Source of the DNA: Saccostrea cucullata
Taxonomy: Eukaryota
Direction: 5' to 3'
Assembly (NCBI RefSeq): GCF_032062105.1
Contig: NW_026930070.1
Span: 1 to 64,000 of the forward strand
DNA: 64,000 nt
Under the pieces are notes generated by a model, which worked only from the letters and a program-made list of their open reading frames with translations, made no database searches and was not told the origin of the DNA. The position numbers and the translations under genes are program-made. Of this stretch, positions 52,245 through 64,000 are shown in pieces (the first letter of the stretch is position 1; each line of letters opens with the position of its first letter).

Positions 52245-54680
52245 ACTGTTAATGTCATAAACGAAATTCTGTTAAAATACAACCTCACAAACAGTATCCA
52301 TGAAGCCACTCGTATCACGGGTTCATCGAACACACTTATTGACCCAATTTTAGTTAACCCAGATTTGTCAGTTCTTCACTCAGGCGTGTTACATACAGAT
52401 AGCACAATCAGCGATCAAAAAGCAACATACATTTTCCTTAAATCAAACATTAATCTAGACCAATCTTATGAACAGAAAGTGTGGGTATACAAAAATGCTG
52501 ACATTGACAAACTTAATTCACTTATTGAAGATACCGATTGGGTTAATCTTATTTGTTATGCACAAAATGTTGATCAAGCTACAGAAACTTCTCTTTCACA
52601 TTTATGAATATAGTAAGACAATGTATACCTGAATAATCTGTTATTATACGGCCCAAAGATAAACCATGGTTTGATTCTGCTCTGCGAAAAACTCTTCGAA
52701 TAAAAAATAAACTTAAACGAAAAGTTCAGAAAAGCAAAAAAAAAAAAAGAATCTGATTGGATAAATTTTAAACAAGTGAGGAATAAGTTTAACAATATGA
52801 AAAAATGTGCAATTGAAAATTACAACAATAATTTAGAATTACATCTTACAGATGCTAGCAAAAACAACTCAAAATTATGCTGGAAAATACGTAAGGATGT
52901 ATTTAAAACCAAAGCTGTCTCTGATATCCCACCATTACAATATACAACAGATAGTGGTCATACAAGTATTGTTTATTCAAACGAGGAGAAAATAGATGTA
53001 CTCAATAATTATTTTGCATCTGTATCATGTGTTGATGATAGTGGGTCAGAATTACCTGAGATATATCATGAATGTAACAGTCAAATTAGTAGTATATGTA
53101 TTACGGAGCAAGAAATAATTGATATTGTAACTATACTTCCTACAAACACAGCTTTTGGTCATGATAATATTAGTCATAAGATGTTAAAATCTGCAAAGTT
53201 TACTATTGCCAAACTCTCTGTTTATTGTTTAATAGATCTATAAATGAATGTATTTTTCCTTCTTCATGGAAATTAGCAAATGTACTTCCTCTTTATAAAG
53301 AAGATCCTTCTTTGATGTCAAACTATAGACCTGTGTCATTGTTGAGTTGTGTTGAGAAAATCATTAAGAGGATTGTATTTAAATACATTTATAATTTTTT
53401 TTCATTACAATAATCTTTTTTATAAGTACCAGGCTGGTTTTTTACCTGGTCATTCAACAGTATACCAGCTGATAGAAACATATGACAACATTGTTAAAGC
53501 TATTGATGATGGAAAATTTTGCTGTATGATTTTTTGTGATCTCTCGAAAACATTTGATCGTGTTTGGCATAAAGGTCTCTTATTTAAGCTTAAAAGATAT
53601 AGGATTATTGGTAATTTGTATAAATGGCTTGAGAATTATTTGAATTATAGGTAACAAAGTGTTACGTTTCGTAACTTACTATCTACACCCAAACCCTTAT
53701 ATGCTGGTGTTCCCCAGGGCTCAGTTTTAGGACCACTTTAGTTCTTAATTTATGTTAATGATGTTGCTGATAATTTGGTTACTTTTTGTAGGTTATTTGC
53801 TGATGATAATTCTTTGCAGCATTCGTCTCATAACATGAAAAGAACTGAAATAGACTTAAACAAAGATTTAAATGCTCTGGAACTTTGGTCTAAATAAAAA
53901 TGGTTATTGAAATTTAATCCCTCAAAAACTAAGGCAATAATGTTTAGCACAAAGAAAAACATAGAATATCCTAAGCTACTTTTTCAACAATGTCAATTAG
54001 ATTTCATCTCTGAACACAAACATCTCGGAGTACTTTTTTCACACGATGCCAGTTGGTCACTGCATATTGATAATATACTGTTATGCCTACAAAAAATGTC
54101 TCTTTTGAAAAAATTGAAATTTAAAGTAAATCGAAAAACATTCTCACTCATGTATACTTCATTCATAAGACCGCAACTTGAATACGCGTCAGTGGTGTGG
54201 GGGTACTGTCAACATGGAGATAATGATAAGTTAGAAAAACTTCAACTTTATGCAGCTAGAATTGTAACAGGATTAACAACTATAGCTTCCAAAGATTCAC
54301 TTTATTTTGAAACAGGATGGGAACCACTTAATTGTAGAAGACAAGAAGCTAGAATAAAAACAATGTTCAAACTTCATAACCATTTAGTGCCAGAATACTT
54401 AATGGACATACTCCCTAATATGCGATGTAACACATCTATCTATTCGATAAGAAATTCTCATAATTATGATATTCCAAAATGTCGATTACAAACTTACAAG
54501 TCTACTTTTATCCCGACCTTAGTAAACGAATGGAACTCCATTCCATTTGAAACTCGAAATTTACAGTCACGGTCAAAATTCAAATCTAAAATTAGCAATA
54601 AAAAATCTTGTTCTACTCCACCTTTTTATTTTGATTACGGTAACAGAAGGCTAAATGTTCTTCAAACCAGACTACGACAT
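52245..54680 (+). mobile_element. 5'-truncated, decayed CR1-group LINE ORF2 (end of APE endonuclease + RT), left part
   Basis: EATRITGSSNTLIDPI; NYRPVSLLS; YQAGFLPGHST; IFCDLSKTFDRVWHKGL; GVPQGSVLGPL; LFADD; many stops and frameshifts; breaks at TRLRH. Confidence 0.88.
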
Positions 54681-55166
54681 TTTTTTTCTCTTTTATTGAT
54701 AACAAACAATGATATAGGTAACACACAGAAAAACTACATTACACATTGACATATGATGATTCTTTTGATACAGAATAAAGAAAAGCTATAGATAGTACAT
54801 AGATAAACTACATTTCGTACATATTGACATTTGATGATTCTTTTCACATAGAAAAAAGAAAAAAAGAAAAGCTATAAATAACACACAGATACACTACATT
54901 ACATATTCACATAGAATAAAGAAAAAAAAGCTATAATCAATTATAAAGAATAATTAAAATGATAATTATACTAATAATGATGATAATAATAGATACGAGA
55001 AGCAAATGTTGTAAATTTCTTGTATAATGGAATTATAAAGAATAAAGTATGTTCCTATGTTAGCATGATAGGCCACCTTCCATACTTCAAGAGTCCATAA
55101 TGCCCTCATGCTAACACACAGACTCCACAACTGGTTTTGTGGACCTGCTGGTAACATAATTTACAT

Positions 55167-58100
55167 TTACAAATTAATACAAACTTTTTTCAGCAATTTG
55201 TGAATCTGTACATTTTCATATGAGAATTCTGCAATATACTGATATGTATTTAAAGAGGATTTAACAAAATTAAACAGGGAATCTTTGTTACAAGTTGTAT
55301 CTGTCAATCTACACTTCATCTTATATTTAAAAATTTTTAAGGCAATGTAAGATATCAATGTATTCATGCCGTTGGTAACATCTGTGTTTTCATAAAAAAC
55401 CTATTACAATATGCTTCCAACTTATTTTGAAACCTAAAATTGTACTTATTTTGTGCCATATAAAATTTGAGTCATTACAGTTAAATAAAAGATGTATTAT
55501 ATTTTCTACATCTCCACAGTTAGCACAAAATTCTTTCACATTTGGATTCCACTTGCTCACACTCAGGTTATTGTTTAATAGTTTATGAAATAATTTAGAA
55601 TTAAATTCTGCTATATGCTTATCAGACATTTTCGAGATTTTCACATGATAAATGGAAGCCCATAGATACCTTGGAGTATCAAACAGTTCACTCCAATAAT
55701 TTTCCGTTATTCGTCTCAAAAATTTCTTTTCGATGAAAATTTTATAAAAAAAACAGATGATTTTATTTTATTTATTTGTGTATACCTGTTTCCTTTTAAT
55801 AGTACAGTAATATTGCGTCTTATCTTAATATACTGTGCCTTTTCACACACATATATTTTTGAAAATTTATCAAAGATAGTCTTCATAATGAGGTATTCAC
55901 ACAAGATATTATTTTTGTATAAAATTTTATCATAGAAGTACCTAATATCTCGGAATGTCCCATCTGCGTTATAGAGGTCTCTTATGTATAAAATTCCTGA
56001 TTTAATCCAATTTTCAAGATAAATTGGTTTGTTTTTATGTGTAAAAAGTTTGTTTTTCCATATTGGTAAAGATAAAAATTCATCCGTAGATAGCTTTGGC
56101 AAATCCTTAATCATTTTACATGCATTGAATGCACAGATTGATTCTTTATAAAAGATGGGAATGTTTTTTAGCTCTTTGTAATCATCTACATTTGTTAAAT
56201 TGGTTTTTAAAATGTATTCTAATGACAATGTTTCCCTATTAAAATGATAGTTTAAGAATGATACAAGACTAGAATTTGTATTTAGTAACCTTGGAATCCA
56301 AGATGCCTTGGATGCTTTGAGTTTAGATTCAATGTCTATAATGTTAATACCACCTTGTTTTTCATCCCCAATAAGTGTATTTCTTTTTATACGGTCTTTA
56401 CTATTCCATACGTAGTTAAAGATTAATTTATTTATTTGTTTAATAATTTCTTCGGGTGGATTGGGGAGAATGGTTGCATTATATTGCAATTTTGAAATAC
56501 ACAATGTATTAATAATTTCTTTTTTTCCAAAGATTGTTAATTTTCTCTTTTCCCACGATTCTAAAATCTGTTCTATTTTATCTATTTTATCTTGCCAATT
56601 TTTTTCCAAACACAATTTTTTGTTGTGTCCTACAAATATCCCTAATGTTTTTACTGGATCAGTAGTCACTTTTATCCCTTCAATACTATTGTACGAATTT
56701 CTAAAGGTTCCTAGTTATAAACATTCCGATTCATTAATGTTAAGATTTGGTCCTGCAACTTTTGAAAAGTTTTGTACCACTTTAATTACATGTTTGACAG
56801 ATTCTATATCTCTAAGAGGATTTGTAGAATCGTCTGCATGTTGAAGCATCTTAATTTCATTATCATTTTCAATTCTAAAACCGTGTATATCCTCCGAAGA
56901 GTTGATGCGTATAGCTAATATTTCAACTGCTTAAATAAATAGTAAAGCAGATATTGGGCAGCCTTGTCGTATGCCTCTAGTCATATTACATGTTTTAGAA
57001 ATAAATCCATTATTTTTTACTCTAAATTTAGGGTTTTTATATAATATTTTTATCCATTTCATAAAATTTGGTCCAAAATTCAGAGCTTTTAATGTTTCAA
57101 ACATAAAAGACCATTCAATAGTATCGAAAGCTTTTTCAAAGTCTAAGAAAAGTAGAATTCCGTTTTCATTTTGATCTTCACAATAATCAAAAATATCCTG
57201 AATTAATCTGGCGTTATATCCAATATATCTACCTTTTATATAAGCTGATTGGTCATTGTTAATAAGTTTTAAAATAACTATTTGTAGTCTTCTTGCTAGA
57301 ACAAATGCTAATATCTTATAGTCACAGTTAGTCAGACTTATAGGTCTATAATTTTTTAGAGTAGATTTATCGCCTTTTTATGAATAAAACTTATGATTGA
57401 CAACTTTTGTGTCCCAGTTAACTCTTCGGCCTCAAATGATTTTAATAAAGCATCATAATAGTATGTTTTTATATCATTCCAAAATAATTTATAAAACTCT
57501 ACTGGTATCACGTCTAACCCTGGTGATTAATTATTTTTCATATTTCTGATAGCTTCTTCACATTCCTTTAATGTGGGAATATCATCACAATAACTTTTTT
57601 CACTGTCTGTCAATTTGGATGAGATGCCTGTTTTTGAAATAAAGTTTGTGATTTCCTCCTTCTGAGGGTTTTTAGATGTATAAAGATTTTCATAAAAATT
57701 GCATAGTGATCCTAAAATTTCATTGTTTTTATATAACGTTTTTCCCTCGTCAGTTATTTTTTCAATTACATTACTTTGTTGCCGTTTATGTTCTAAATGT
57801 AAGAAATATGGTGTACATTTCTCACCATATTTGATCCAATTAGCTCTAGATCTGATATATGCACCTTGTGATTTTCTCTCATAAATCTCGTTTAATTCTT
57901 TTTCAAGTTTTTGCTTTTCTTGGTTATTTATTTCATAAAAAGGTCGATTTTCGATATCTTTAATTTTTCTTTCTATCAATTGGACTTTTTGTTTGAAACT
58001 GCTGCTTTTTTGCTTTGAGAAGTCTATTGAAAATTCTTTGATTAAATATTTCAAAGTTTTCCATCGTTCGTGCGGACAAACTATTTCTTTTAATTCAGAA

Positions 58101-59051
58101 TCTTTATCTTTAAGAATTTGAAGAGAATATGAAGAACTAACCCTAACCCTAACCCTAACCCTGAGTTTAAAAGTATAGTCTTTATCTAATAAATTAGATG
58201 TGTTCATTTTCCAATATCCTGACCCTCTTTTATTTATGTTCAATATGAAATCTATTCTTAGTCTAAGATGATCACTCATCATATTTTGTTTAACTTGGGG
58301 AGAATTTATCACAGTTAAAGAGTCAATGGAGAGGAAAAAGTTATCCGAGATCAAAATATAATCAATTCGACTACTTGGTATATGTTGAGCATTGCACCAG
58401 GTAAAACCAGATTTGTTTTCATTTAAATTTCTCCATGTATCAATCAAGTGAAGTTGTTTAATTAAGGAACAGGTAACCAGGTAAAACCAGATTTGTTTTC
58501 ATTTAAATTTCTCCATGTATCAATCAAGTGAAGTTGTTTAATTAAGGAACAAAATTGATGTGTACTTATGTCAAAAGAATTATTTTTTTTCATCAAGATT
58601 ACAGTTTAAATCTCCGCCAATGAATAAATTGTCTTTATTTAAAACATGTTTTCGTACCCATGATTTAGTTGTTATAAAAAAAATCTTTTCTATCAAGCAC
58701 TTTGTTGGGAGCATAAAGGTTTACTATACAGTATGATTCATCCTTAATTTTAATATTAAGTAAACTTTTTCGACCATCAGATGATTTATGACAATTAATG
58801 AATTCAAATTGAAAACCATTTCTAACAAGAATAGATACACCTCGACTAGAGGATGAACTCGAAAAACAATGATAGCTGTTTCCTAGCCATCTAGAATTAT
58901 AAACAAATTCTTTTGATTCAATATAATGGGTTTCTTGAAGTAGAACAATATCAATATCTAGATCTTGTAGCCAATCATATAAAATTGTACGTTTATTATA
59001 ATCATTCAGACCCCTTACATTAAGGGGAAAAAATTTCATTAGATCGTTCAT
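55167..59051 (-). pseudogene. Tx1/L1 ORF2 (APE endonuclease - reverse transcriptase - C-terminal zinc finger), disrupted
   Basis: LNVRGL, LLQETH, SRGVSIL, NLYAPN, SRIDY, SDH (endonuclease); NYRPISL, LDFEKAFD, GIRQGCP, QHADD (RT); CANCGDVENIIHLLFNC; multiple frameshifts and stops. Confidence 0.9.
58137..58162. repeat. Interstitial telomeric repeat (TTAGGG)4
   Basis: CTAACCCTAACCCTAACCCTAACCCT, read as RVRVRVRV in ORF2. Confidence 0.85.
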
Positions 59052-59071
59052 TATTAGTTCATAGAGATACC

Positions 59072-60391
59072 TTATTCGCTGTCCGGATGCTGGCTGTCAT
59101 CCTCTGCACAAAGGCTATCGCGTGAGCGTTTGGTTGGACCGTCTTTCAGCTGACTGACGAAAGAGGTCACCTCTTGTTGTACATTTTTCAGAGCTTTTCG
59201 AGCGGGTTGTCTCGGGACTGAGAAACTGCGATTTAGGCGATTTTTCGGGCGGTGCTTCTGAGCCACAGACATGATAACCTTACTCAACTTATTTAAGCCA
59301 GGCCATTCTTTGGGATTGGTATTCAGTGTAGCATGTTCACCCAGTCCACTTCCCCAGAAATCGTCATAGGTCGCTTCGACAATGACACATTTTGATCCAC
59401 ACTTTGTAATTTTCTCACGAAATGGATCAACGTGGCTGAATTTAGCTTCAATGATATTTGTCATGACCTCTGACTTTTCAGTTTCCCAGGCGGGATTTGT
59501 TGTAACGGTGTCACCGATACGTTTTGCTTCAAGGGCTGTAGTCGCTGTTCTGACTCTTTCTGCGGCATTAACATCACCACTGCGTAATGCTTTTGTTAAC
59601 TGAAAAGCATGTTCGGCGGATCTATGGGTCTCACCGTAAACTTTGATATCCGTTGTGTAGAAATTCGATAGGATATTTCTATGGCCATGGAAAGCCACGA
59701 AATTATAATTTTGCTTTTCGTGGTGTTGACAATCCTCTGAGCCAGGATCATGGCCTGTTTGTTTGCAGACTTTGCATCGCTGTTCGTTTTTGCAGTAGCG
59801 TGCATGGTGACCGTTTTTCCAACAGTTCTTGCACTTTATGTCTTGTTTAGGTTTATTTTGGCCATAGTGAAAGATACGGCATTTACGACCGGCACAGTAT
59901 GCAAACCTAGGCAAGGAGGTTTCGTCTGGTAGTGGAACGATATATACAAAACGATTCCCATTAAGAACGCTGGTCATTTTTCCTGTGACAGGATTTCTGA
60001 TATTTTCAAAGCGTAATTCACTTTTAAGTTCAACATTAAAGCCAAGTAGCATTTTAATGATTTCTGTATCTTGTAGTGATAGAGGAATACCAGAAACTGT
60101 TACTTTCAGCACAGGGTCATTTGGATTCTTGGCACCAGTGGAAAATGGGTTTGAATCGTATACAGAAACAGTTTGGTTCCTAAACTGGAAACCTCCAAGA
60201 AGCAGTTTTTGTCTGCATTCCTTGTTTGTTAAGTAAATGCGCCAAAGATCTCGATCTAGTTGTAGACATCTCACAGTGTCTCCAACACTCAGTATAACTG
60301 ACTGAAGAATATCATAGTCTGTTATGCTCTGGCTGTCAGCAACCAATTCGCTGTTTTTGAAATAAACCGGTTTATCTGTCCTGTTATCCAT
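59072..60391 (-). CDS. Retrotransposon ORF1: RRM-like N-terminus, two CCHC zinc knuckles, C-terminal NADAR (YbiA-like) domain; 439 aa
   Basis: ATG at 60391 (MDNRTDKPVYFK); CKNCWKNGHHARYC and CKVCKQTGHDPGSEDC; LSNFY, SAEHAFQLTKA, AKRIG, AW..M..AKF, VEATYDDFWGSG, GLNKLSKVIM. Confidence 0.88.
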   Translation of the reverse strand: MDNRTDKPVYFKNSELVADSQSITDYDILQSVILSVGDTVRCLQLDRDLWRIYLTNKECRQKLLLGGFQFRNQTVSVYDSNPFSTGAKNPNDPVLKVTVSGIPLSLQDTEIIKMLLGFNVELKSELRFENIRNPVTGKMTSVLNGNRFVYIVPLPDETSLPRFAYCAGRKCRIFHYGQNKPKQDIKCKNCWKNGHHARYCKNEQRCKVCKQTGHDPGSEDCQHHEKQNYNFVAFHGHRNILSNFYTTDIKVYGETHRSAEHAFQLTKALRSGDVNAAERVRTATTALEAKRIGDTVTTNPAWETEKSEVMTNIIEAKFSHVDPFREKITKCGSKCVIVEATYDDFWGSGLGEHATLNTNPKEWPGLNKLSKVIMSVAQKHRPKNRLNRSFSVPRQPARKALKNVQQEVTSFVSQLKDGPTKRSRDSLCAEDDSQHPDSE

Positions 60392-60700
60392 TGTCCAGTG
60401 ATCACACTGATCGCGCTGATCATACAGGTAAACGCAAGTGAGAAGTTTCTCACCTGAACACTCGATAACCAGGTAAACAAAAGTATATACACACAATGGA
60501 AAATGAATAAATCACTAAATAATCCAAAGAAACACAAAATTTATAGGAAATTAATCCAAACTATATACAATGAAAACAAAAGCACTGGCTAGTGCAAAAA
60601 ACCCGATTAAAATCTCGAGTTTGATAGAATAGTTTGTTCAAAACACAGAGCCTGCATAAACACGTCCGTCTCGGAGCTCGACACGTGACCTCTACGACAT

Positions 60701-61205
60701 AATTGTGTATTAAATAATGACCTTTATAGATGCAATATAATATCAAGTCTCTTGTGCACATGTGGTAAAGTTGTGGACACATATCATTATTTCTTCGTTT
60801 GTCCAAAGTATGCTAAAGCCAGAAATGACTTTTTAAATAAGTTTCTACAATTTGATAAAATCCACATTCTAGATACACATGTCTTATTATGGGGGATTGA
60901 TTCACTGAATGTTGCAGAGAATGAACGTCTCTTTTCTTTAGTTCAAACATTTATAAAGGATTCTGGTAGATTTCCTTGAATTATTATACCAAATTTATGT
61001 TTTTTTCTCAACTTTGTATGTATTTATATACATATCTGCAAAATGCATCAATTGTTTTAATTTGCAAATATTGGATAATTTATAAAGCATGTTTAACTGT
61101 GACAATATAAATTTTTAATGTACATGTAGGGAGAAAGCATTATAAATTTTTAGAACTTGTGCCTAATCCCATTGTAATTATAGTACAATAAAATATGTTC
61201 AAACC
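60701..61205 (+). mobile_element. CR1-group LINE, right part (ORF2 C-terminus and 3' UTR)
   Basis: Resumes after the TSD: NCVLNNDLYRCNII..CTCGKVVDTYHYFFVCPKY..FIKDSGRF*; ends AATAAAATATGTTCAAAC. Confidence 0.85.
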
Positions 61206-62465
61206 AACTGTTAATCATGTTACAGATATTCTACTTTTCTCCCATATTATTGTTAATTAATTATAGAGAAAGAGGAGTCAAACCAGGGGGGGGGGTTACT
61301 CTGAAAACCAACAACCATCCAGCTTACTTAAACAAAGAGTTTGATACAAAGGCGGCAGGCAAAATACTCGTAAGTATGATATATAGCAGGAACCTCGGTT
61401 CGGAGATTTCCATAGAGATAGGTTATAAATTAGCGTACTTAAACGGAGAGTTTGATATAAAAGTGGCAGGCAAAATAAGTATAAGATATAGGCAGAATCT
61501 CGGTTCGGAGATGTTCTCATTCCTGTTCCATAGAGATAGGTTAGAAATGCTTACAGTTATATGCAATTCAGTGATATGAATATATAGCAGCATTATTTAT
61601 AATTTTCATAATTGTGCTACACCTGAGAACTTTACCAGGAGTTTATCTAATGAATAACCTGTTTTCTCCTTTATGCAGTTGTCGTGCTCCATTTCCCAGA
61701 CATAAGAGTACATTAAAGCTCCTTGTTTAGGTGTTTGGATTCTCCTTCATTACTTATGGAAAATCTGGTTAGCATTTTGTAAAGGACAGTTCATCTGCTG
61801 CCTTCTCATTTTTCAGTCTTTTTTGTATCATCTCAGTTTAATAGACATTCCAAAGCTTCTAATAGATCTATAAGGAGAAACATACTTTTCACCTATATAT
61901 TTACTCCCTATATGTTTGGTCTTAGGTAACATTGATACGAGCTTTATCGTTAGCGGTTATACTGCGCATGATTCTAGATTCTTGTGAGAAACACGATTTC
62001 AAACGACATGACGTTCCTTATTGCTTAGTCTTACTTGCTTGACCGACACGATTTTCTTTGTAATCTCTGACATTGCTATTTTATGTTAAGAGAGGATTCG
62101 ATCTCAGGAACAACTCTCAAAATATGACAGAATGTTTATTATTATATTTTTTTCAAATTACATTAATATACATTGAATTTCAAACGTGTATTTTCGATTA
62201 TTACCCTATAGGTAAATAACATTTCATCTTTTTCTTACAATTTGACCTTGTTACTAGTGTAATATTTACTTTAAAGGTACTTGGACACAGATTTGAAGTC
62301 AATATTTTTCTATAATTTTCTATAATATTACGACTTATATATTTCAATAGCGTTTCACACAGAAATTAACAAAAAATCTTTTTTCTTTTAAAAGTTATTA
62401 AAACTTCAAATTTTTTGGTGGGTTTGATTAACACACCATTGCACTTTCACAAATTTCTGCCTTAT

Positions 62466-62467
<2 letters not shown>

Positions 62468-62508
<41 letters not shown>

Positions 62509-64000
62509 TCGATTTATGCAAATGATTTTTTTTTTATTATTATCCATTGTATTACATACAAAATTAAATTGAAATAACCGCAAAATTACAATGGATATTT
62601 AACACTCACACACCCATCCATACATCCATTTACATTTTAAATTAATATGAAGGTTGCTTTATATTAACACGCAATAATAAAAATTAGTAATAAACAAACA
62701 TCTGATATATAATCTTACATTTGTTCAAAAATATTTTTCCAAAAAATCCATTGTTCTTCAAAATATTGTAGATTTGAATTGGTAATAGATATACATCTTT
62801 CAATGTTGTATTTCATTTTCAAAAAGCTTAGTAAACCAAAAAAGGAAGGTGTTTTTGATTGCAATTAAAATGAGAAAATATATAGTTTTGTGTATAATAT
62901 CATAAAGTTTTCAATTCTATTATCCTTAGTAAGTGGTAATTCACCCAAGATAATATTTTCAACATTAAATGCAATTCTTTTTGAAATTATTCTGTAAATA
63001 TATGAACTCAAATTCCTCCATAGAGATATAATATGGTCACAATGAACAAATACATGCAGTACAGTTTCAGTTTCTTGGGCACAAAACCTACAAACATCAG
63101 TAGTTTTCATATTGATTTTCTTAAGATAAGAATCTACAGGGAGGATCCTATGTAAAATTCTATATTGTAACCACTGTACAGAAGAATCAGAAGTAGTCTT
63201 AAAACAAACTTTAAAAACATCTTTTATACAAATAGCTGTCACACCAAAGGGAGACAAATCTTTATTCCACTTTGGAATTGCTGTAGGTATTATATCATTT
63301 TTGTTTATATAGTTGTAAATTCTCTTTGTACATTTTTCATAATGAAAAATATTTTCAAAATAAAATGGTAAATTTGGCTGACAATGTTTTTTCAAGTACA
63401 TTCTATCTATTGACATGTTCTTTAAAAAATTAGAAATTGCAGAAATAGTACTATTATACTGCATTACACAAACATGGGAAATACTGAATTTTTCTTGGAA
63501 GGCAGATTTTGATAAGAAATTACAATCTTCTGACAAAAAATCTCCAATATTTTTTACTCCACTTTTATACCAATTTTCTATAAAAAATACTCTTATTTTG
63601 CACCTTAATATTTGAATTATACCATACAGGAATATTACAAGCCTTGCATTTCATTTCCAAATCCTGATCTACATTCTTCACAACTTGTTGCCATGAAACA
63701 AAAACATCAACCAAAAAAAAAATATTTTTCTGTATTAGACTATTTAAAATATAAGCATCACCAAAATCCATAAATTTATTTACAACATCTCTACCATTAA
63801 TTCCTAAAAATATGTCTAGCCATGGCTTACTCCTTTCTGATACCAATCTTTTGACCCATGTACATTTCAATGACTTTAGGAAGTTATCAACATTTAACAT
63901 TTTTAATCCTCCAGATAAATAATCTTGAGTAACTATATCTCTTTTAACTCTATCACTCTTTGATTTCCATATAAATTCAAAAAGGTCTTTACACAATGAA
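62468..64000 (-). mobile_element. 3' portion of a second, distinct Tx1/L1-clade retrotransposon (runs off the window)
   Basis: FIWKSKSDRVKR..GGLKM, PVWYN, LQYRILHRILP, CRFC..ETVLHVFVHC; AATAAA and an A40 tail (T run 62468-62507); frameshifted. Confidence 0.88.

Larger units (their letters stand above)
54681..60691 (-). mobile_element. Full-length Tx1/L1-clade non-LTR retrotransposon (~6.0 kb)
   Basis: 9-bp TSD CTACGACAT (54672-54680, 60692-60700); AATAAA + short poly(A) at the 3' end; ORF1 and ORF2 in tandem, 20 nt apart. Confidence 0.92.

Noticed and set aside
55055-55160. GC-richer patch in the Tx1 3' UTR with a SCGVCVL peptide reminiscent of Ulp1 proteases
   Set aside because: Too short and interrupted by a stop; chance similarity likely
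60392-60496. N-terminal 35 aa of ORF1 in the ORF track
   Set aside because: Non-ATG start; the first ATG is at 60391, so this is probably 5' UTR
61217-61579. 120-aa ORF with an internal repeat
   Set aside because: Arises from a ~110-bp tandem duplication; no recognisable domain or splice support

Overview
AT-rich eukaryotic genomic DNA, very probably from a bivalve (oyster-like), judged from Helentron/HINE satellite-carrying repeats, tRNA-SINEs and Penelope-like fragments. It holds one spliced host gene on the + strand: an NLR-like immune receptor with a DZIP3-type HEPN domain (RxxxxH intact), two short phase-1 exons and a large terminal exon encoding an nSTAND3-like P-loop NTPase plus 13-14 highly similar 32-aa ankyrin repeats. 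Only the terminal exon is tandemly duplicated (21928-25019 and 35142-38315), so one HEPN head sits upstream of two splice-compatible sensor exons; each carries a single lesion in this assembly. The rest is nested transposon debris, a 32/33-bp minisatellite with a 556-bp higher-order repeat, and non-LTR retrotransposons. The most unusual item is a full-length ~6-kb Tx1/L1-clade element (54681-60691, minus strand, 9-bp TSD, inserted into a CR1-type LINE) whose intact ORF1 carries a C-terminal NADAR (YbiA-like) domain after two CCHC zinc knuckles. This is a candidate retrotransposon counter-defence against nucleic-acid ADP-ribosylation. All domain calls are by motif recognition, not database search.
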